The translations under genes were made by a program, and so were the position numbers. From a bacterium (lineage in GTDB: Bacteria; Verrucomicrobiota; Kiritimatiellia; RFP12; DVOR01), in the NCBI GenBank assembly GCA_030535915.1, contig JAUNQZ010000002.1, forward strand, positions 1 to 47,059: a DNA stretch of 47,059 bases, read 5' to 3'. Each line of letters opens with the position of its first letter. Positions within the stretch are counted from its first letter, which is position 1. Under the pieces are notes generated by a model. It saw only the letters and a list, made by a program, of their open reading frames with translations, did no database searches and was not told where the DNA came from. Of the stretch, positions 45,782 to 47,059 are shown one piece after another.

Positions 45782-46738
45782 TTAGGCATTTGCCTTGCAG
45801 AATTCGCGTACAGAATCAAGCTGACCCGCAGAGCCGAGCTTTTCATTCTTAGCGGCGATAAAGTTAGCATATTCTTCCATGAAGATCTTGCCGATAGGAC
45901 GCAAGTCGAAACCTTCGGGGTGATCGCGGAAGAATTCACGGTGGACACGGCACCACACCAAACGGCCGTCGGTGTCGATGTTAATCTTGGTGACGCCGAG
46001 TTCAGCAGCGCGCTTGAACTGGTTGTCATCCACGCCCTTCGCGCCATCGAGCTTACCGCCGGCGGCGTTAATACGAGCGACTTCGTCCTGAGGAACGGAA
46101 GAGGAACCGTGCATGACCAAGGGGAAACCAGGAACCTTGTTCTGAATGTCTGCGAGGACATCGAAACGGAGACCCTGGTTGCCAGAGAACTTGAATGCAC
46201 CATGGGAGGTGCCGATTGCGCAAGCGAGGGAGTCGCAGCCGGTCGCTTCAACGAAACGCTTGACGTCATCAGGATTGGTGAGGCAAGCATCCTTTTCATC
46301 GACAGCAACGTGTTCTTCAACACCACCGAGCTTGCCGAGTTCAGCTTCAACAACAAGACCCTTGGCGTGAGCGAGGTCAACAATCTTCTTGGTGATAGCT
46401 GCATTTTCTTCGAAGGGCTTCGAGGAAGCATCGATCATCACAGAGCTGTAGAAATCAGAGTTGATGCAGTCAATGCAAGTTTCTTCGTCACCATGGTCCA
46501 AATGAACCGCAAAAACAGCTTCAGGGAAAATCTGGTCAGCGGCCTTAATCACATTTTCAAGCATAAGCTTGTCGGTATAGCCACGAGCGCCTTTGGAAAT
46601 CTGGATAATGAAGGGAGCCTTGCTCTGGATGCAACCACGGAAGAGACCCATGCACTGTTCCATATTGTTGATGTTATAAGCACCCACAGCATACTTGCCA
46701 TAAGCGTGCTCGAAGAGTTTCTTAGTCGTAACGATCAT
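45782..46738 (-). CDS. fba: Class II fructose-1,6-bisphosphate aldolase
   Basis: 318 aa. Motifs are YAVGAYNINNMEQ, VHLDHG and the VMHGSSSVP zinc/phosphate-binding pattern. Confidence 0.95.
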   Translation of the reverse strand: MIVTTKKLFEHAYGKYAVGAYNINNMEQCMGLFRGCIQSKAPFIIQISKGARGYTDKLMLENVIKAADQIFPEAVFAVHLDHGDEETCIDCINSDFYSSVMIDASSKPFEENAAITKKIVDLAHAKGLVVEAELGKLGGVEEHVAVDEKDACLTNPDDVKRFVEATGCDSLACAIGTSHGAFKFSGNQGLRFDVLADIQNKVPGFPLVMHGSSSVPQDEVARINAAGGKLDGAKGVDDNQFKRAAELGVTKINIDTDGRLVWCRVHREFFRDHPEGFDLRPIGKIFMEEYANFIAAKNEKLGSAGQLDSVREFCKANA

Positions 46739-46774
46739 CGTTTTTACTCCTTTTGTGAATTAAATAATGAAATT

Positions 46775-46803
46775 AGTATAGCACGATTTTCAATTTTGAG
46801 CAA
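46775..46803 (-). promoter_or_regulatory. Candidate promoter of fba
   Basis: On the minus strand, TTGCTC (46803-46798), a 17-nt spacer, then TATACT (46780-46775). AAAGGAG Shine-Dalgarno before the ATG. Confidence 0.55.
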
Positions 46804-47015
46804 ATGACTTTGATGCCTCAAATATTTTAAGCGTAAAGCACCCCACCCTCATTGTCGAAGATAAAGGACACGAAACATTACCATTTCAACCTTTTCCTTC
46901 GCTTCGAAAAGGTTTTAACCCATCCAAAACAAAATTAAAGAACAAAAAGTTTTTCTTCTTTTTTGTACACATTACAATCCCATCGTAAGGTTTCGCGTTC
47001 TTTTCTCTTCTTCCC

Positions 47016-47056
47016 TATAATAAGAAATGGCGATGGTTTTTCAACTCAAAGGGAGG
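47016..47056 (+). promoter_or_regulatory. A -10 box and Shine-Dalgarno for a plus-strand gene that starts just beyond the window end
   Basis: TATAAT at 47016-47021 and AAGGGAGG at 47049-47056. The window ends 3 nt later. Confidence 0.4.
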
Positions 47057-47059
47057 TTG

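Noticed and set aside
46745-46770. Possible Rex operator upstream of fba (TTGTGAA on the plus strand, TTCACAA on the minus strand)
   Set aside because: Only one half-site is present. The expected partner half-site at the correct spacing is absent. No dyad was found upstream of nifJ or the rubredoxin gene either.
42062-46807. Very long plus-strand ORFs of 848 aa (42062-44608) and 621 aa (44942-46807)
   Set aside because: They lie antisense to the unmistakable PFOR and aldolase genes. The second runs straight through the fba-nifJ intergenic hairpin and the fba promoter. Their translations are Cys/Arg/Val/Leu-rich with no motifs. They are explained by the strong codon bias of the sense genes, which have few TTA/CTA/TCA triplets in the relevant phase.
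46805-46835. Possible third fragment of the palindromic element (GACTTTGATGCCTCAAA)
   Set aside because: It shares only about 10 nt (ATGCCTCAAA) plus a partial arm end with copy B. That is too short to separate from chance in AT-rich spacer DNA.
1-47059. Defence islands, prophage, integrative elements, CRISPR arrays, toxin-antitoxin pairs
   Set aside because: No integrase, transposase, recombinase, Cas, restriction-modification or phage structural signatures were recognised in any frame. No spaced direct-repeat array was seen. Gene content and tight operon packing look like core chromosome.

Overview
This is a gene-dense 47 kb chromosomal segment with 33 protein-coding genes, 30 of them on the minus strand. 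I found no rRNA, tRNA, CRISPR array, transposase, integrase or recognisable defence gene. Most genes are housekeeping: serS, def, carB, a short rubredoxin, the hom-aspartate kinase pair, icd, nfo, queD, two DEAD-box helicases, purC, rex, rmuC, a 1186-aa pyruvate:ferredoxin oxidoreductase and a class II aldolase. PFOR, rubredoxin and Rex point to an anaerobe, and the secretin points to a diderm. The kinase architecture fits a PVC-type lineage, but that is a weak inference. Two genes are missing from the supplied ORF track. One is a 760-codon secreted protein open at the left window edge (1-2280, minus). The other is a 44-aa rubredoxin (9175-9309, plus). Three things are worth a second look. (1) A translationally coupled gspK / GspL-like / GspM-like / gspD / orf155 module (35586-41888) has no ATPase, platform or major pseudopilin nearby, and its secretin has a 129-aa hypercharged tail. 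(2) A tightly packed six-gene operon (26667-35135) combines a TatD-family hydrolase, a 1044-aa zinc-ribbon Ser/Thr kinase, an orphan PyrK-like flavoprotein, a signal-peptide protein with six CxxC pairs, a UbiA-family prenyltransferase and an MFS transporter. (3) A palindrome-rich interspersed element of about 130-150 bp is present twice in opposite orientation (2380-2506 and 35297-35449). I cannot show that any of these is a new system. All functional readings beyond motif recognition are inference. The many long ORFs antisense to carB, PFOR, fba and deaD are judged spurious.
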